64,000 nucleotides of DNA from Bacteroidia bacterium (GTDB taxonomy: Bacteria; Bacteroidota; Bacteroidia; JACCXN01), in assembly GCA_046299555.1 (NCBI GenBank), contig JBKBHS010000004.1:52056-116055 (forward strand). The letters are read 5' to 3'. This document shows, piece after piece, positions 40,531 through 50,925 of this stretch. The notes beneath the pieces are model-generated. The model was not told where the DNA came from. It ran no database searches and saw only the letters and a program-made list of their open reading frames with translations. The position numbers and the translations under genes were made by a program. The first letter of the stretch is position 1, and each line of letters opens with the position of its first letter.

Positions 40531-41256
40531 ATGATTTTCCAACCAATAAACGTTGAAAAGGCTCTAAAAAAAGAGCGTCAACACCTGCAAAATACCACGA
40601 ATACAGATTTATTAGATGAAGTAAATGACATTCTTCAGCAAGCTGCTAAAGAAGATGCATTTGTGATAAACCGTTTAAACGGAAAAATTTTATTTGATGA
40701 ACTTAAAGCAAATTGTTTTGATGATGATAAGGTATACAGCATTGCAGAAATAAAACGCATTTGTGAAAAATATCGTCTTCGCTTTTTAGATTCAAAATAT
40801 TTTAAAGGCGAAATTCCTTATGAAGCCATATCTGAAATTAAACATTTAGAAAAAAAGAATAACATTACATTCACAAATTTTAAAATCGTAGCACCGGCCG
40901 GAATTTTTAAATTAGAAAATGTGCATAAAGATCCACTTTTATTTGCTTCGCTTGGTAATGGGAAATATTATTTAATTCATAAATGGGGTAACGATTTGGC
41001 TTGGCATAGAAGAATATTTGCCTATCCGCTTCAAAATATTTATACCTTTTTTATCACTATTTTTATTTTATCGGCAATACTATCAGCTGTTATCCCCGAA
41101 TCGTGGTTAAATATGCCAATGGGAAGCTTAACCCTTCGTTTATGGTTAACCATTCATTTATTTATTGGATTCTCAGGTTTTTTAATTTTTCTGGGATCAA
41201 CTATGCAAAAAAATTTCAGCAGTAATGTGTGGAACAGCTGCTTTTTTAACGAATAA
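40531..41256 (+). CDS. Hypothetical protein with two C-terminal TM helices
   Basis: DPLLFASLGNGKYYLIHKWGND; ATG at 40531 (the track uses TTG at 40504). Confidence 0.75.
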   Translation: MIFQPINVEKALKKERQHLQNTTNTDLLDEVNDILQQAAKEDAFVINRLNGKILFDELKANCFDDDKVYSIAEIKRICEKYRLRFLDSKYFKGEIPYEAISEIKHLEKKNNITFTNFKIVAPAGIFKLENVHKDPLLFASLGNGKYYLIHKWGNDLAWHRRIFAYPLQNIYTFFITIFILSAILSAVIPESWLNMPMGSLTLRLWLTIHLFIGFSGFLIFLGSTMQKNFSSNVWNSCFFNE

Positions 41257-41317
41257 TTAAAATATCATTCTGAAATAGAAAGTGTTGCATAATTTTGGCA
41301 AATATTTTTAATAAAAA

Positions 41318-41348
41318 TTTGCCACAAAATATTTTACATCTATATTTG
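41318..41348 (+). promoter_or_regulatory. Bacteroidota housekeeping promoter for tRNA-Val
   Basis: TTTG (41318-41321), 19-nt spacer, TATATTTG (41341-41348). Confidence 0.8.
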
Positions 41349-41367
41349 CACTCCCAAAATAACCATT

Positions 41368-41442
41368 GGGAGCATAGCTCAGCTGGTTCAGAGCACCTGC
41401 CTTACAAGCAGGGGGTCACAGGTTCGAATCCTGTTGCTCCCA
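41368..41442 (+). tRNA. tRNA-Val (anticodon UAC)
   Basis: GGGAGCA/TGCTCCC acceptor, GCTC/GAGC D stem, CCTGC-CTTACAA-GCAGG anticodon arm, ACAGG-TTCGAAT-CCTGT T arm; CCA not encoded. Confidence 0.97.
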
Positions 41443-41444
41443 CT

Positions 41445-41816
<372 letters not shown>

Positions 41817-41818
41817 CT

Positions 41819-41845
41819 AAACCTCGCAAATTGCGAGGTTTTTTT
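41819..41845 (+). terminator. Intrinsic terminator, second copy
   Basis: Identical to 41445-41471. Confidence 0.85.
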
Positions 41846-41850
41846 ATTGT

Positions 41851-42102
41851 ATGTCGTATATAGTTTACATATTATATTCTACGTTAAAAGATAAATATTA
41901 CATAGGCTATACATCTGATGAAATAGATGAGCGAATTAGGAAACATAATACCAATCATAAAGGATTTACGGGAGGAGCAGGCGATTGGGAGTTAAAATAT
42001 TCTGAAGTTTTAAATACGAAGGAAGAAGCTAAAAAGAGGGAGATTCAAATAAAGAAATGGAAAAGTAGAAAATTAATTGAGCTACTCATTTCAAAGAGTT
42101 AG
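41851..42102 (+). CDS. Stand-alone GIY-YIG nuclease, copy 2
   Basis: 4 nt and 2 aa differences (S11T, T55N) from copy 1. Confidence 0.9.
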   Translation: MSYIVYILYSTLKDKYYIGYTSDEIDERIRKHNTNHKGFTGGAGDWELKYSEVLNTKEEAKKREIQIKKWKSRKLIELLISKS

Positions 42103-42190
42103 CAGATTAGGTTCAAAGCATCCCGACTAAAAGTCGGGAGGGTCACAGAGCTTGTTCCGATAAATCGGAATTCGAATCCTGTTGCTCCCA
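42093..42190 (+). ncRNA. tRNA-Val-derived pseudo-tRNA, copy 2
   Basis: Same as 41719-41816 except CAAAGCA for CAGAGCA and GGGTCACAG for GGGGCACAG. Confidence 0.7.
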
Positions 42191-42204
42191 CATCTAATAA
42201 AAAC

Positions 42205-42242
42205 AAAAGGGTTACACAAAATACATAGTGTAACCCTTTTTT
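42205..42242 (+). terminator. 13-bp stem terminator closing the tRNA/GIY-YIG array
   Basis: AAAAGGGTTACAC-10 nt-GTGTAACCCTTTT(TT). Confidence 0.8.
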
Positions 42243-42484
42243 AATTTGTATTCAAATTGTAAACAATTGTTTTTAAAAGGTATTTCTATCAATATATTAA
42301 AAAGAAGAGTAAAGAACAATTGCATAAAGTGTAAACTTAAAAGATATTAAAGAAAGATTAACCGATAAACCTATGGGTTAATAAGCCATTCGTGAATAAT
42401 GTTATTATTAAATTGAGTAAATGCACTTAAATTCTAATATTTTCTTTAAAATAGCTACTTTTGCAGCTTGTATTAATTAAAGTC

Positions 42485-43027
42485 ATGTCAAAACAAATTA
42501 CATTAAAAGACAAATCGTTTAAAATATTTATTGAAGAGCATTCGATTTTAGAGGCTGTAAAAAAATTAGGAGAAAAAATTTCTCATGATTTAAAAAATGA
42601 GCAACCAATATTTATTTGTGTGCTCAATGGGTCGTTCTTATTTGCTGCCGACTTAATGAAAAATATAACAATACCATGTCATATTTCATTTATAAAATTA
42701 TCATCCTATCATGGTACAACACAATCGAGCGGAACGGTAAATGAACTTATTGGATTATATGAAAATATTGAAGGTAGAACCGTAGTAATTTTAGAAGATA
42801 TAATTGATACCGGAAATACATTGGTTAAATTACATGAAATATTAAAACCCAAAAAACCAGGAAAACTTTTAATAGCAAGTTTATTATATAAACCCCAAGC
42901 ATATAAAAAAGATATTCCGATTGATTATGTTGGTATTGAAGTCCCTAATAATTTTTTAGTTGGTTATGGATTAGATTATGATGGTTTAGGTAGAAATTTA
43001 AGAGATATTTACACTTTAATCAATTAA
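42485..43027 (+). CDS. hpt: Hypoxanthine phosphoribosyltransferase
   Basis: VLNGSFLF, VVILEDIIDTGNT, FLVGYGLDY; ATG at 42485, since the track's TTG is part of the TACTTTTG promoter (42456-42463). Confidence 0.93.
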   Translation: MSKQITLKDKSFKIFIEEHSILEAVKKLGEKISHDLKNEQPIFICVLNGSFLFAADLMKNITIPCHISFIKLSSYHGTTQSSGTVNELIGLYENIEGRTVVILEDIIDTGNTLVKLHEILKPKKPGKLLIASLLYKPQAYKKDIPIDYVGIEVPNNFLVGYGLDYDGLGRNLRDIYTLIN

Positions 43028-43044
43028 CTTTAAAAATCTGAATT

Positions 43045-43614
43045 ATGTTAAACATTGTATTATTTGGACCTCCGGGAGCAGGAAAAGGTACTCAATCAGA
43101 AAAGTTGATTGCCAAATATCAACTCGTACATTTATCAACAGGAGATATTTTTAGAGCAAATATAAAAGGAGGAACCGAATTAGGAAATTTAGCCAAAAGC
43201 TACATGGATAAAGGACAGTTAGTACCCGATGAGGTTACCATAAAAATGTTAGAAAGCGAAGTAAATAAAAATTCTCAAGCCAAAGGATTTATATTTGACG
43301 GTTTTCCTAGAACTGCAGCTCAGGCTAAAGCTTTAGATAGTTTTCTAGCTTCAAAAAATCAAAGCATAAAAGTTATGCTTGCATTAGAAGTACCCGAAGA
43401 TGAATTAAAACGCAGATTATTAGAAAGAGCAAAAGTTTCAGGTCGTGCAGATGATGCCGATCCGGCCGTTATTCAAAAAAGAATTGATGTTTACAATGCA
43501 GAAACAGCACCCGTAAAAGATTTTTATAAAGCTCAAAATAAGTGCAGAGAAATAATAGGAGTAGGTTCTATCGAAGAAATTTTTGAACGTTTGTGTAAAG
43601 AAATTGAGGCTTAA
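43045..43614 (+). CDS. adk: Adenylate kinase
   Basis: FGPPGAGKGTQ, HLSTGDIFR, FIFDGFPRT, GRADD. Confidence 0.96.
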   Translation: MLNIVLFGPPGAGKGTQSEKLIAKYQLVHLSTGDIFRANIKGGTELGNLAKSYMDKGQLVPDEVTIKMLESEVNKNSQAKGFIFDGFPRTAAQAKALDSFLASKNQSIKVMLALEVPEDELKRRLLERAKVSGRADDADPAVIQKRIDVYNAETAPVKDFYKAQNKCREIIGVGSIEEIFERLCKEIEA

Positions 43615-43620
43615 TTAAAA

Positions 43621-44616
43621 ATGAGCTCAAATTTTGTTGATTATGTGAAGATTTGTTGTCGCTCCGGTAAAGGAGGTGCAGGTTCTGTGCATTTACATCG
43701 CGATAAATTTACACGAAAAGGTGGCCCTGATGGTGGCGATGGTGGAAGAGGAGGGCATATAATAGTTAGAGGAAATGCTCAACTGTGGACATTGCTGCAT
43801 TTAAAATATACCAAACATGTTATAGCAGAACCCGGAAATCCAGGAGGATCAGCATTAAAAAAAGGAGCAGACGGAAAAGATGTTATTATTGAAGTGCCTT
43901 TAGGAACCATTGCAAGAGATGCCGAAACCGGTGAAATAGAATTTGAAATTACGCAGCACGGAGAAGAAAAAATATTGGTTAAAGGCGGAAGAGGAGGTTT
44001 AGGAAATAATCATTTTAAATCACCTACTAATCAAACTCCTCGATATGCACAACCGGGAGAGCCCGGTAGAGAAGAATGGAAAATACTCGAGCTTAAAGTT
44101 TTAGCCGATGTTGGTTTAGTAGGATTTCCCAATGCCGGTAAATCTACCTTATTATCAGTATTAACAGCTGCAAAACCCGAAATTGCCGATTACCCTTTTA
44201 CAACCTTAGTACCAAATTTAGGTATCGTTAAATATAAAGATTATAAAACATTTATTATTGCCGATATACCAGGTATTATTGAAGGAGCTCATGAGGGTAG
44301 AGGTTTAGGTATTCGATTTTTACGACATATTGAACGAAACTCCATTCTTTTATTTTTAATTCCGGCCGATAGTAAAAATATTAATGAGGAATACAAAATT
44401 CTTTTAAACGAATTAAAAGAATACAATCCTGAATTACTCGACAAAAAAAGAATTTTAGCAATAACAAAAAGCGATTTGTTAGACGATGAGCTAAAAAAAG
44501 CTATTAAAAAAGAATTACCCAAGGGTGTTAAACATATTTTTATATCATCATTAGCTCATCAAGGATTAGATAAATTAAAAGATTTATTATGGGAAACATT
44601 AAACGATAAAAAATAA
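43621..44616 (+). CDS. obgE: GTPase ObgE/CgtA
   Basis: [40 protein letters not shown]. Confidence 0.96.
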   Translation: MSSNFVDYVKICCRSGKGGAGSVHLHRDKFTRKGGPDGGDGGRGGHIIVRGNAQLWTLLHLKYTKHVIAEPGNPGGSALKKGADGKDVIIEVPLGTIARDAETGEIEFEITQHGEEKILVKGGRGGLGNNHFKSPTNQTPRYAQPGEPGREEWKILELKVLADVGLVGFPNAGKSTLLSVLTAAKPEIADYPFTTLVPNLGIVKYKDYKTFIIADIPGIIEGAHEGRGLGIRFLRHIERNSILLFLIPADSKNINEEYKILLNELKEYNPELLDKKRILAITKSDLLDDELKKAIKKELPKGVKHIFISSLAHQGLDKLKDLLWETLNDKK

Positions 44617-44637
44617 TTTCATTTTTATTTTTAAAAT

Positions 44638-45714
44638 ATGTTAGAAAAATTAGAAGCGATAAAAAGACGCTGGGAAAACATAGAACAGCAATTATCCGAC
44701 CCAAAAGTGGTTGGCGACATGAAGTTATTTACCAAGCTTAATAAAGAATACAAAGATTTAAAAGAAATTGTTGATGCAAGTGAAGAATACAAAAAGGTAC
44801 TTAACAACATAGCCTCTGCCAAAGAAGTATTGAATACTGAGAAAGATGAAGAATTTAGAGAAATGGCAAAAATAGAGTTAGAAGAAAATGAAAAGTTGAA
44901 AGAAGAATGGGAAGCTAAAATTAGAATGCTTTTAGTACCTAAAGACCCCGAAGATGCTAAAAATGCCGTGGTTGAAATACGTGCAGGAACCGGTGGAGAC
45001 GAGGCAAGTATTTTTGCCGGAGATTTGTGGCGAATGTACACGCGCTATTGCGAAAATAAAGGCTTTAAAATAGAAACGGTTGATTTTAACGAAGGCACAG
45101 CAGGTGGTTACAAAGAAATTATAATGAATGTAATAGGCGAAAATGCTTACGGTACATTAAAGTTTGAATCGGGAGTACATAGGGTACAGCGCGTGCCTGA
45201 AACCGAAACGCAAGGAAGAGTGCATACCTCTGCTGCTACCGTAATAGTTATGCCCGAAGCCGATGAAGTAGATATACAAATAAATCCGGCAGATATTGAA
45301 ATGCAAACAGCTCGTTCAGGTGGTGCCGGAGGTCAAAATGTAAATAAAGTAGAAACAAAAGTAATGTTAACTCATAAGCCTACCGGTATTGTTGTAGTGT
45401 CGCAAGTAGAAAGAACTCAAATGGGCAATAGAGAAAGAGCCATGCAAATGTTGCGTACCAAGTTATACGAACTTGAATTGCAAAAACATTTAGATAACAT
45501 TGCTAAAAAGAGAAAAACCTTGGTTACATCAGGTGATCGTTCTGCTAAAATTAGAACATACAATTATCCTCAAAACAGGGTTACTGATCATCGCATCAAT
45601 TTAACCATGTATAATTTAACCGAATTTATGAATGGTGATATACAAGAAATGATTGATGCTTTACAGTTTGCTGAAAATGCTGAGAAACTAAAAGAAGGAG
45701 AAACAATTGCGTAG
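44638..45714 (+). CDS. prfA: Peptide chain release factor 1
   Basis: [25 protein letters not shown] (PxT), [25 protein letters not shown]. Confidence 0.97.
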   Translation: MLEKLEAIKRRWENIEQQLSDPKVVGDMKLFTKLNKEYKDLKEIVDASEEYKKVLNNIASAKEVLNTEKDEEFREMAKIELEENEKLKEEWEAKIRMLLVPKDPEDAKNAVVEIRAGTGGDEASIFAGDLWRMYTRYCENKGFKIETVDFNEGTAGGYKEIIMNVIGENAYGTLKFESGVHRVQRVPETETQGRVHTSAATVIVMPEADEVDIQINPADIEMQTARSGGAGGQNVNKVETKVMLTHKPTGIVVVSQVERTQMGNRERAMQMLRTKLYELELQKHLDNIAKKRKTLVTSGDRSAKIRTYNYPQNRVTDHRINLTMYNLTEFMNGDIQEMIDALQFAENAEKLKEGETIA

Positions 45715-45898
45715 TTTTGATTTTAGATATTAGATAAAAGACAAAAGGAGCAAAGACAGATATTATTTGTGAATTGTGATTTTTAGAATTTGAAGGCTTA
45801 GAATTTTTCAATTTGTAATCTATAATTTGCAATTCAAAAAACAATTAATCTCAATATAAATCTCTACTTATTTCTATAGATTTCAATTTTTTAATTAA

Positions 45899-46723
45899 AT
45901 GAACATTAAACAACTTATACAATCCATAAAAGAAAAGAAAAGCTTTTTGTGTGTGGGTTTAGATACTGATATTTCAAAAATTCCTTCTCATTTGCTCGAT
46001 GCTGAAGATCCTGTTTTTGAATTTAACAAACAAATAATTGACGCTACTGCTGATTTATGCGTTTCGTATAAGCCCAATACTGCATTTTACGAATGTAGAG
46101 GCGAAGCTGGTTGGAAAAGTCTTAAGAGAACATTTGATTATATTCCTAAAACACATTTTAGCATTGCCGATGCAAAACGCGGTGATATTGGTAATACTTC
46201 AAAAATGTATGCTCAGGCATTTTTTGAGCATATGAATGCCGATAGTATAACGGTTGCACCTTATATGGGATCTGATTCTGTGCAGCCATTTTTAGAATAT
46301 AAAGATAAAGTAACAATTTTACTTGCGCTTACATCAAACAGCGGAGCAATGGATTTTCAATTACTATCAACTAATATTGAAGAAAAAAAACTTTTCGAAA
46401 AAGTATTGATTATATCACAAAAATGGGGCACTGAAAATAATTTAATGTATGTAGTAGGCGCTACGCAAGCCATAATGCTTAAAAAAATAAGAGAAATTGT
46501 ACCCAATCATTTTTTACTGGTACCTGGAGTGGGTGCACAAGGTGGAAGCCTTGCTGAAGTAGCTCAGTATGGTATGAATAAAAATTGCGGATTATTAGTA
46601 AATGCTTCTCGAAGTATTATTTATGCATCCAATGGAAAAGATTTTGCAGAAAAAGCCAGAGAGGAGGCATTGAAGTTGCAGAAAGAAATGTCGGCATTAT
46701 TAGATAGATATTTAAAGAACTAA
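45899..46723 (+). CDS. pyrF: Orotidine-5'-phosphate decarboxylase (Bacteroidota type)
   Basis: [42 protein letters not shown]. Confidence 0.95.
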   Translation: MNIKQLIQSIKEKKSFLCVGLDTDISKIPSHLLDAEDPVFEFNKQIIDATADLCVSYKPNTAFYECRGEAGWKSLKRTFDYIPKTHFSIADAKRGDIGNTSKMYAQAFFEHMNADSITVAPYMGSDSVQPFLEYKDKVTILLALTSNSGAMDFQLLSTNIEEKKLFEKVLIISQKWGTENNLMYVVGATQAIMLKKIREIVPNHFLLVPGVGAQGGSLAEVAQYGMNKNCGLLVNASRSIIYASNGKDFAEKAREEALKLQKEMSALLDRYLKN

Positions 46724-46734
46724 AAAATTAAATT

Positions 46735-47136
46735 ATGAAATTTAAAATATTAATTACTTTGCTAATTATTGTTACAACATCAATTTTAGCAAATTCACAA
46801 GATTTAAGAAAGGGAGGTTCTCTTTTTGGCAAAGTTGAATCAAATGGTGATGTTAGAATTAATGGAAGTATTAAAGGTAAGTTTGAATCAAATGGCGATA
46901 TTCGAGTAAGCGGAAGTATTAAAGGTAAAATTGAGTCGAATGGTGATATTCGTAAAAATGGTTCTATTGTAGGTAAGGTAGAATCGAATGGAGATGTGCG
47001 AATAAATGGTTCAATTGTTGGGAAAATTGAAGCAAATGGCGATGTTAGAAAGAATGGTACAATTATAGGATCGGCAAAAGGGGTTAAAAAAGAACAAGCC
47101 GCTGTAATATTCTTTTTTGATTTTTTCGATTTTTAA
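46735..47136 (+). CDS. Small exported protein built from five 16-aa repeats
   Basis: Signal peptide, then GK(V/F/I)E(S/A)NGD(V/I)R..G(S/T)I x5; 48-bp DNA period (46843, 46891, 46939, 46987, 47035). Confidence 0.8.
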   Translation: MKFKILITLLIIVTTSILANSQDLRKGGSLFGKVESNGDVRINGSIKGKFESNGDIRVSGSIKGKIESNGDIRKNGSIVGKVESNGDVRINGSIVGKIEANGDVRKNGTIIGSAKGVKKEQAAVIFFFDFFDF

Positions 47137-47801
47137 AATAAAAAACCAAACCATCCTTTTTTCATTGCAATTTTTATTGCTTGTGTTTTATTATTTACAT
47201 GTAATTTTTTGTAAATATTGGTAATATGGGTTCTTACAGTATTGGGGCTAAGGTTTATTTCGGTTGCAAGTTGTTTATAATCTTTACCATCAACCAATCC
47301 TTTTAAAATTTCCATTTCTCTGTCACTTAAAACTGAATCTTCTACTTTTTTAGCATCAATTTTTGCTTTTGATAGCATTTGCAATGATTTTCGAGCAATA
47401 CGTGGACTCATGGGGGCACCGCCAAATTCAACAACTTCGTACAATGCATTAATTAAACGATCAGGATTTTCATCTTTTAATAAGTAACCAACGGCTCCTG
47501 CTTTAATAGCTTCAAAAATCTTATCATCATCATCGAACACGGTAAGCATTAAAAATTTGGTATTAGGATAAACTTCTGCCGCTGAATTTACGGCTTCAAT
47601 ACCATTCATCACAGGCATATCTATATCCATAAAAACTAAATCGGGAAGCTCTTTCGATTCTTTCATTTTTTCTAAAAAATCTTCACCGTTTTGAGCCGTA
47701 AATAAAATTTTAATGTTATTTTTTGTTTTTAGCTTTTCTGCCAGCGAGTTTCGGTTTATTTGTTTATCATCTACTATTGCTACTTTTATCATTTGATTCA
47801 T
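47133..47801 (-). CDS. NarL/LuxR-family response regulator
   Basis: IVDD, FMDIDMP receiver, GAVGYLLK, LSDREMEIL...TVRTHITNIYKKL. Confidence 0.93.
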   Translation of the reverse strand: MNQMIKVAIVDDKQINRNSLAEKLKTKNNIKILFTAQNGEDFLEKMKESKELPDLVFMDIDMPVMNGIEAVNSAAEVYPNTKFLMLTVFDDDDKIFEAIKAGAVGYLLKDENPDRLINALYEVVEFGGAPMSPRIARKSLQMLSKAKIDAKKVEDSVLSDREMEILKGLVDGKDYKQLATEINLSPNTVRTHITNIYKKLHVNNKTQAIKIAMKKGWFGFLF

Positions 47802-47842
47802 AAATATTTATAATGAGCAAAATTCTATCAATCTGTTTGGGT

Positions 47843-49495
47843 TTACAATACTTCATTTGCTGTAGGGTATTTTATGCAAATTGAAATTTTTGTCCCCTTA
47901 TTTAGTTCAGAATATACATTAAACTCAGCATTTGATTCCTTGGCGCGTTCTTCCATATTTTTCATTCCGTAATGACCCTCTTTGTAACGATTTTGATAGT
48001 CGAATCCAATACCATTATCTTCAATACTAATTTTAAATAAGCAGCTTTCATTACTTTCGAAATAAATATTTATTTCCGTTGCGTTACTATGTTTTAAAGC
48101 ATTATGTAATGCTTCCTGACAAATTCTAAATAAATTTAATGCTTGTTCGGGTCTTAATATATTTTCGGGTTTTAAGAAATTCTCATGGGTATTTACTTTT
48201 ATTGTTTCAGGAAGCTGTAATTTTAAAATATAATTTTTGAATCGATCAGTAAAGTCAATAATACTAAGCTCTTCGTTGTTTACCGCCCAAATGGTTTCTC
48301 TTAAAGTTAATATGGCATTTCTGCCTATTTCGCTTAAATTGAAAAGTTTTTTTTGTAAATCATTGTTATTCTTAATGCTTTCAGGATGGTTGGCAATCCA
48401 TTCTAAATTGGTAATTAAATATGAAATTTGTCCACCTACATTATCGTGTAAATCGCGTGAAATTTGTTGCTTTTCTTTATGTATTTTTTGAATATATTCA
48501 AGTTTAATTTTTTTGTTTTGATTGATTTTTAAGTTAATGTACCATAATGCAATTACAGCCAAAACAATTAATACAAGAATTAAAATAATAATTGTAAATT
48601 TTCTGATTTGTAGATTTAATTCATTTAATTGATTTTGTTGTTTCAACATTAAATTTTCGCTTTCTTTCTTATTAAGTTCATATAGCTCTTCATATTTGGC
48701 AATTTGCTTTGTTTTTTCAATATCAAATAAGGTATCTTTAATGTTAAACCATTTTTGAATATAATCTATGGCCAGTGTATCTCTTAAATAAATTAAACAT
48801 TCGGCTTTGTATCTGTAGATATAGCTTATCGTTTCGGAATCTGATAAATATTTTAATATATCTTCGGCTTTATTAATGTAGTATAAAGCTTTTTTATAAT
48901 CTTTTTTTACCCGATAGTAATAATTGAAAAATTTAGTGATGGCAAAAATTTTAACATTATAATTATTTGTTGAATCCGCATATTGTAAGGTAAGTGACAA
49001 ATATTTTTCAATTTGATTTTCATCTTTTGTTTTATTAATATGGAATTCCGAATATATTGCATAGGCTTTTGATAAAAGATCGTATTTTTTTTGAATTTTA
49101 AGCAAATCAAATGCAGGAATTAAATATTTTTGAATGGAATCATATTCATTTCGTTCTACGTAAATAATACTTAAATGATATAAAGCATCTGAAACAATGG
49201 TGTCAATTTCTATTTGCCTCGAAGTATGGTAATATTCATAAAACCATTTTAAGGCTTTATCTTTTTCATAATTATAATAATGGCATCTTCCTAAGCCTTT
49301 TGAGGCATAAGCTTTATATAATATATTATTACTGCGCTCTGCTTCTTTTAATGTTTCAAGATAATATTCAATAGCTTTTTCGTATTTATTTTTTGAATAT
49401 AAACTATCAGCAATTTTAAGAAGCTGTACTTCTTTTTGAGCAAAGACCGGAATTATAAAAAGGGCGAATAATATTGTTGATAAAATTCGTGTCAT
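47843..49495 (-). CDS. TPR-containing sensor histidine kinase (HisKA_3 type)
   Basis: TPR-like helices, TM, ISRDLHDNVG, QEALHNALKHS, EDNGIGF, GMKNMEER; ATG at 49495 preferred over the track's 49540. Confidence 0.88.
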   Translation of the reverse strand: MTRILSTILFALFIIPVFAQKEVQLLKIADSLYSKNKYEKAIEYYLETLKEAERSNNILYKAYASKGLGRCHYYNYEKDKALKWFYEYYHTSRQIEIDTIVSDALYHLSIIYVERNEYDSIQKYLIPAFDLLKIQKKYDLLSKAYAIYSEFHINKTKDENQIEKYLSLTLQYADSTNNYNVKIFAITKFFNYYYRVKKDYKKALYYINKAEDILKYLSDSETISYIYRYKAECLIYLRDTLAIDYIQKWFNIKDTLFDIEKTKQIAKYEELYELNKKESENLMLKQQNQLNELNLQIRKFTIIILILVLIVLAVIALWYINLKINQNKKIKLEYIQKIHKEKQQISRDLHDNVGGQISYLITNLEWIANHPESIKNNNDLQKKLFNLSEIGRNAILTLRETIWAVNNEELSIIDFTDRFKNYILKLQLPETIKVNTHENFLKPENILRPEQALNLFRICQEALHNALKHSNATEINIYFESNESCLFKISIEDNGIGFDYQNRYKEGHYGMKNMEERAKESNAEFNVYSELNKGTKISICIKYPTANEVL

Positions 49496-49506
49496 AAAAA
49501 TTAAAT

Positions 49507-49522
49507 TACTGCATATGCAGTA
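49507..49522. promoter_or_regulatory. Perfect 16-bp palindrome in the divergent promoter region, candidate operator
   Basis: TACTGCATATGCAGTA. Confidence 0.45.
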
Positions 49523-49587
49523 TTTAAAGATTTTAATCAAATTTTAAAATTTGTTCAAAATTATCGATTAACTTAAATAAATAAACT

Positions 49588-50874
49588 ATGAAAATCAAAA
49601 ATTTACTTTTAAATGCCTTGTCTTTAGCATTAGCAAGTCAATTACAAGCAGCCGATTTATGTGTAAATGAATCAGGTAGTGGAGGATGTTATTCTTCCAT
49701 AACAGCAGCTTTATCAGCTGCAAATAATGGCGATAGAATTCTAATTCAACCTAAAACCGGAAATGCACCGTATGTAGAAAATCTAACTATCAATAAATCA
49801 GTGCAATTATTATCAAACCAGGAGGGAGTTAAATGGAGTTTAACGGGAAATATAACCATTACTCCTGCAGTGGGTAGAACTATTTCCATTATGCACATGA
49901 ACAATACAACAGGTAATATTACAGCATCCGGTCACAGTCCTGCTGGTACAAGATGTAATGTAAATATCGTTAATTGCGAGTTAATGAATGGATATATAAA
50001 TTTTGATTATGATTATTTTAATGTAAACGTTGTATCAAATATTTTACAAGATGGGTATATAGCATTAAGATATGGAAATGTTTTTGGTAATGAAGTAATT
50101 GCTAGTTCACATACTAAAATGTATTATCCTATTACCAATAACTATTGCATAATATATTTTGGAACGGATGCTGTACCAACCAATGATACACTTAATGTAA
50201 TTGGAAATATTGTAAGAAATCAATCAGGTATAAATACCAATTATGTAAGTATTTTATTAAATTCAACTTCTCAGTTTTTTAATGTATCCAATAATTACGC
50301 ATCAAAAGGTAATACCTATTATGAATGTTATGGCATAAGATTTTACAGTCATAAAAACTCCACTTTAGGAACAAATACAGTTTACAACAATACATTTTAC
50401 AATGCTTCTCAATATTCATATTATTATTATCCGGTTTCTATTTCTTCAAACACAGCGGGTTTGTTTGATATAAAAAATAATTTATCAATAGTTCCAAACT
50501 TGCCAAGTGGTTATAATGCCTATTCGGCAGGAGGTACACCAACTGTTGGCTTTTCCTATAATTTTGGAGCACCACATGGAGCTGTTTTAGGAATTGTAAA
50601 TAATGGTACTAATAATTTTACAAGTAATAGTTCCATAAATTTAACAACAGGACAATTAAATACCGGTTCTGATGCCATTAACGGGGGATATCCTGATTTA
50701 ACGCATTATGATTTAGATTTAACCGTAAACGATGCGGGCGCCTACGGAGGTTCGTTTAGTTTATCAAACTTTCATCCTATAACCGGTGCTGCAAGAGTAT
50801 ATTTTGTAAATGCTCCTCGCACCGTTTTGCAAAGCGGTACATTAAATATTAAAGCAGAAGCATTTGATAGATAG
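49588..50874 (+). CDS. Exported Asn-rich protein, probably right-handed beta-helix; no T9SS CTD
   Basis: Signal peptide, ITAALSAANNGDRILI, repeated N-rich strands, C-terminal DAGAYGG; ends AEAFDR. Confidence 0.7.
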   Translation: MKIKNLLLNALSLALASQLQAADLCVNESGSGGCYSSITAALSAANNGDRILIQPKTGNAPYVENLTINKSVQLLSNQEGVKWSLTGNITITPAVGRTISIMHMNNTTGNITASGHSPAGTRCNVNIVNCELMNGYINFDYDYFNVNVVSNILQDGYIALRYGNVFGNEVIASSHTKMYYPITNNYCIIYFGTDAVPTNDTLNVIGNIVRNQSGINTNYVSILLNSTSQFFNVSNNYASKGNTYYECYGIRFYSHKNSTLGTNTVYNNTFYNASQYSYYYYPVSISSNTAGLFDIKNNLSIVPNLPSGYNAYSAGGTPTVGFSYNFGAPHGAVLGIVNNGTNNFTSNSSINLTTGQLNTGSDAINGGYPDLTHYDLDLTVNDAGAYGGSFSLSNFHPITGAARVYFVNAPRTVLQSGTLNIKAEAFDR

Positions 50875-50925
50875 TATTTCAAAAGTTATTGAAATCAATG
50901 TTTAACCATTAAAAACTTTTGAAAT

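Noticed and set aside
44638-45714. Programmed frameshift in the release factor gene
   Set aside because: This is RF1 (PxT motif) in one continuous frame; the known frameshift belongs to prfB.
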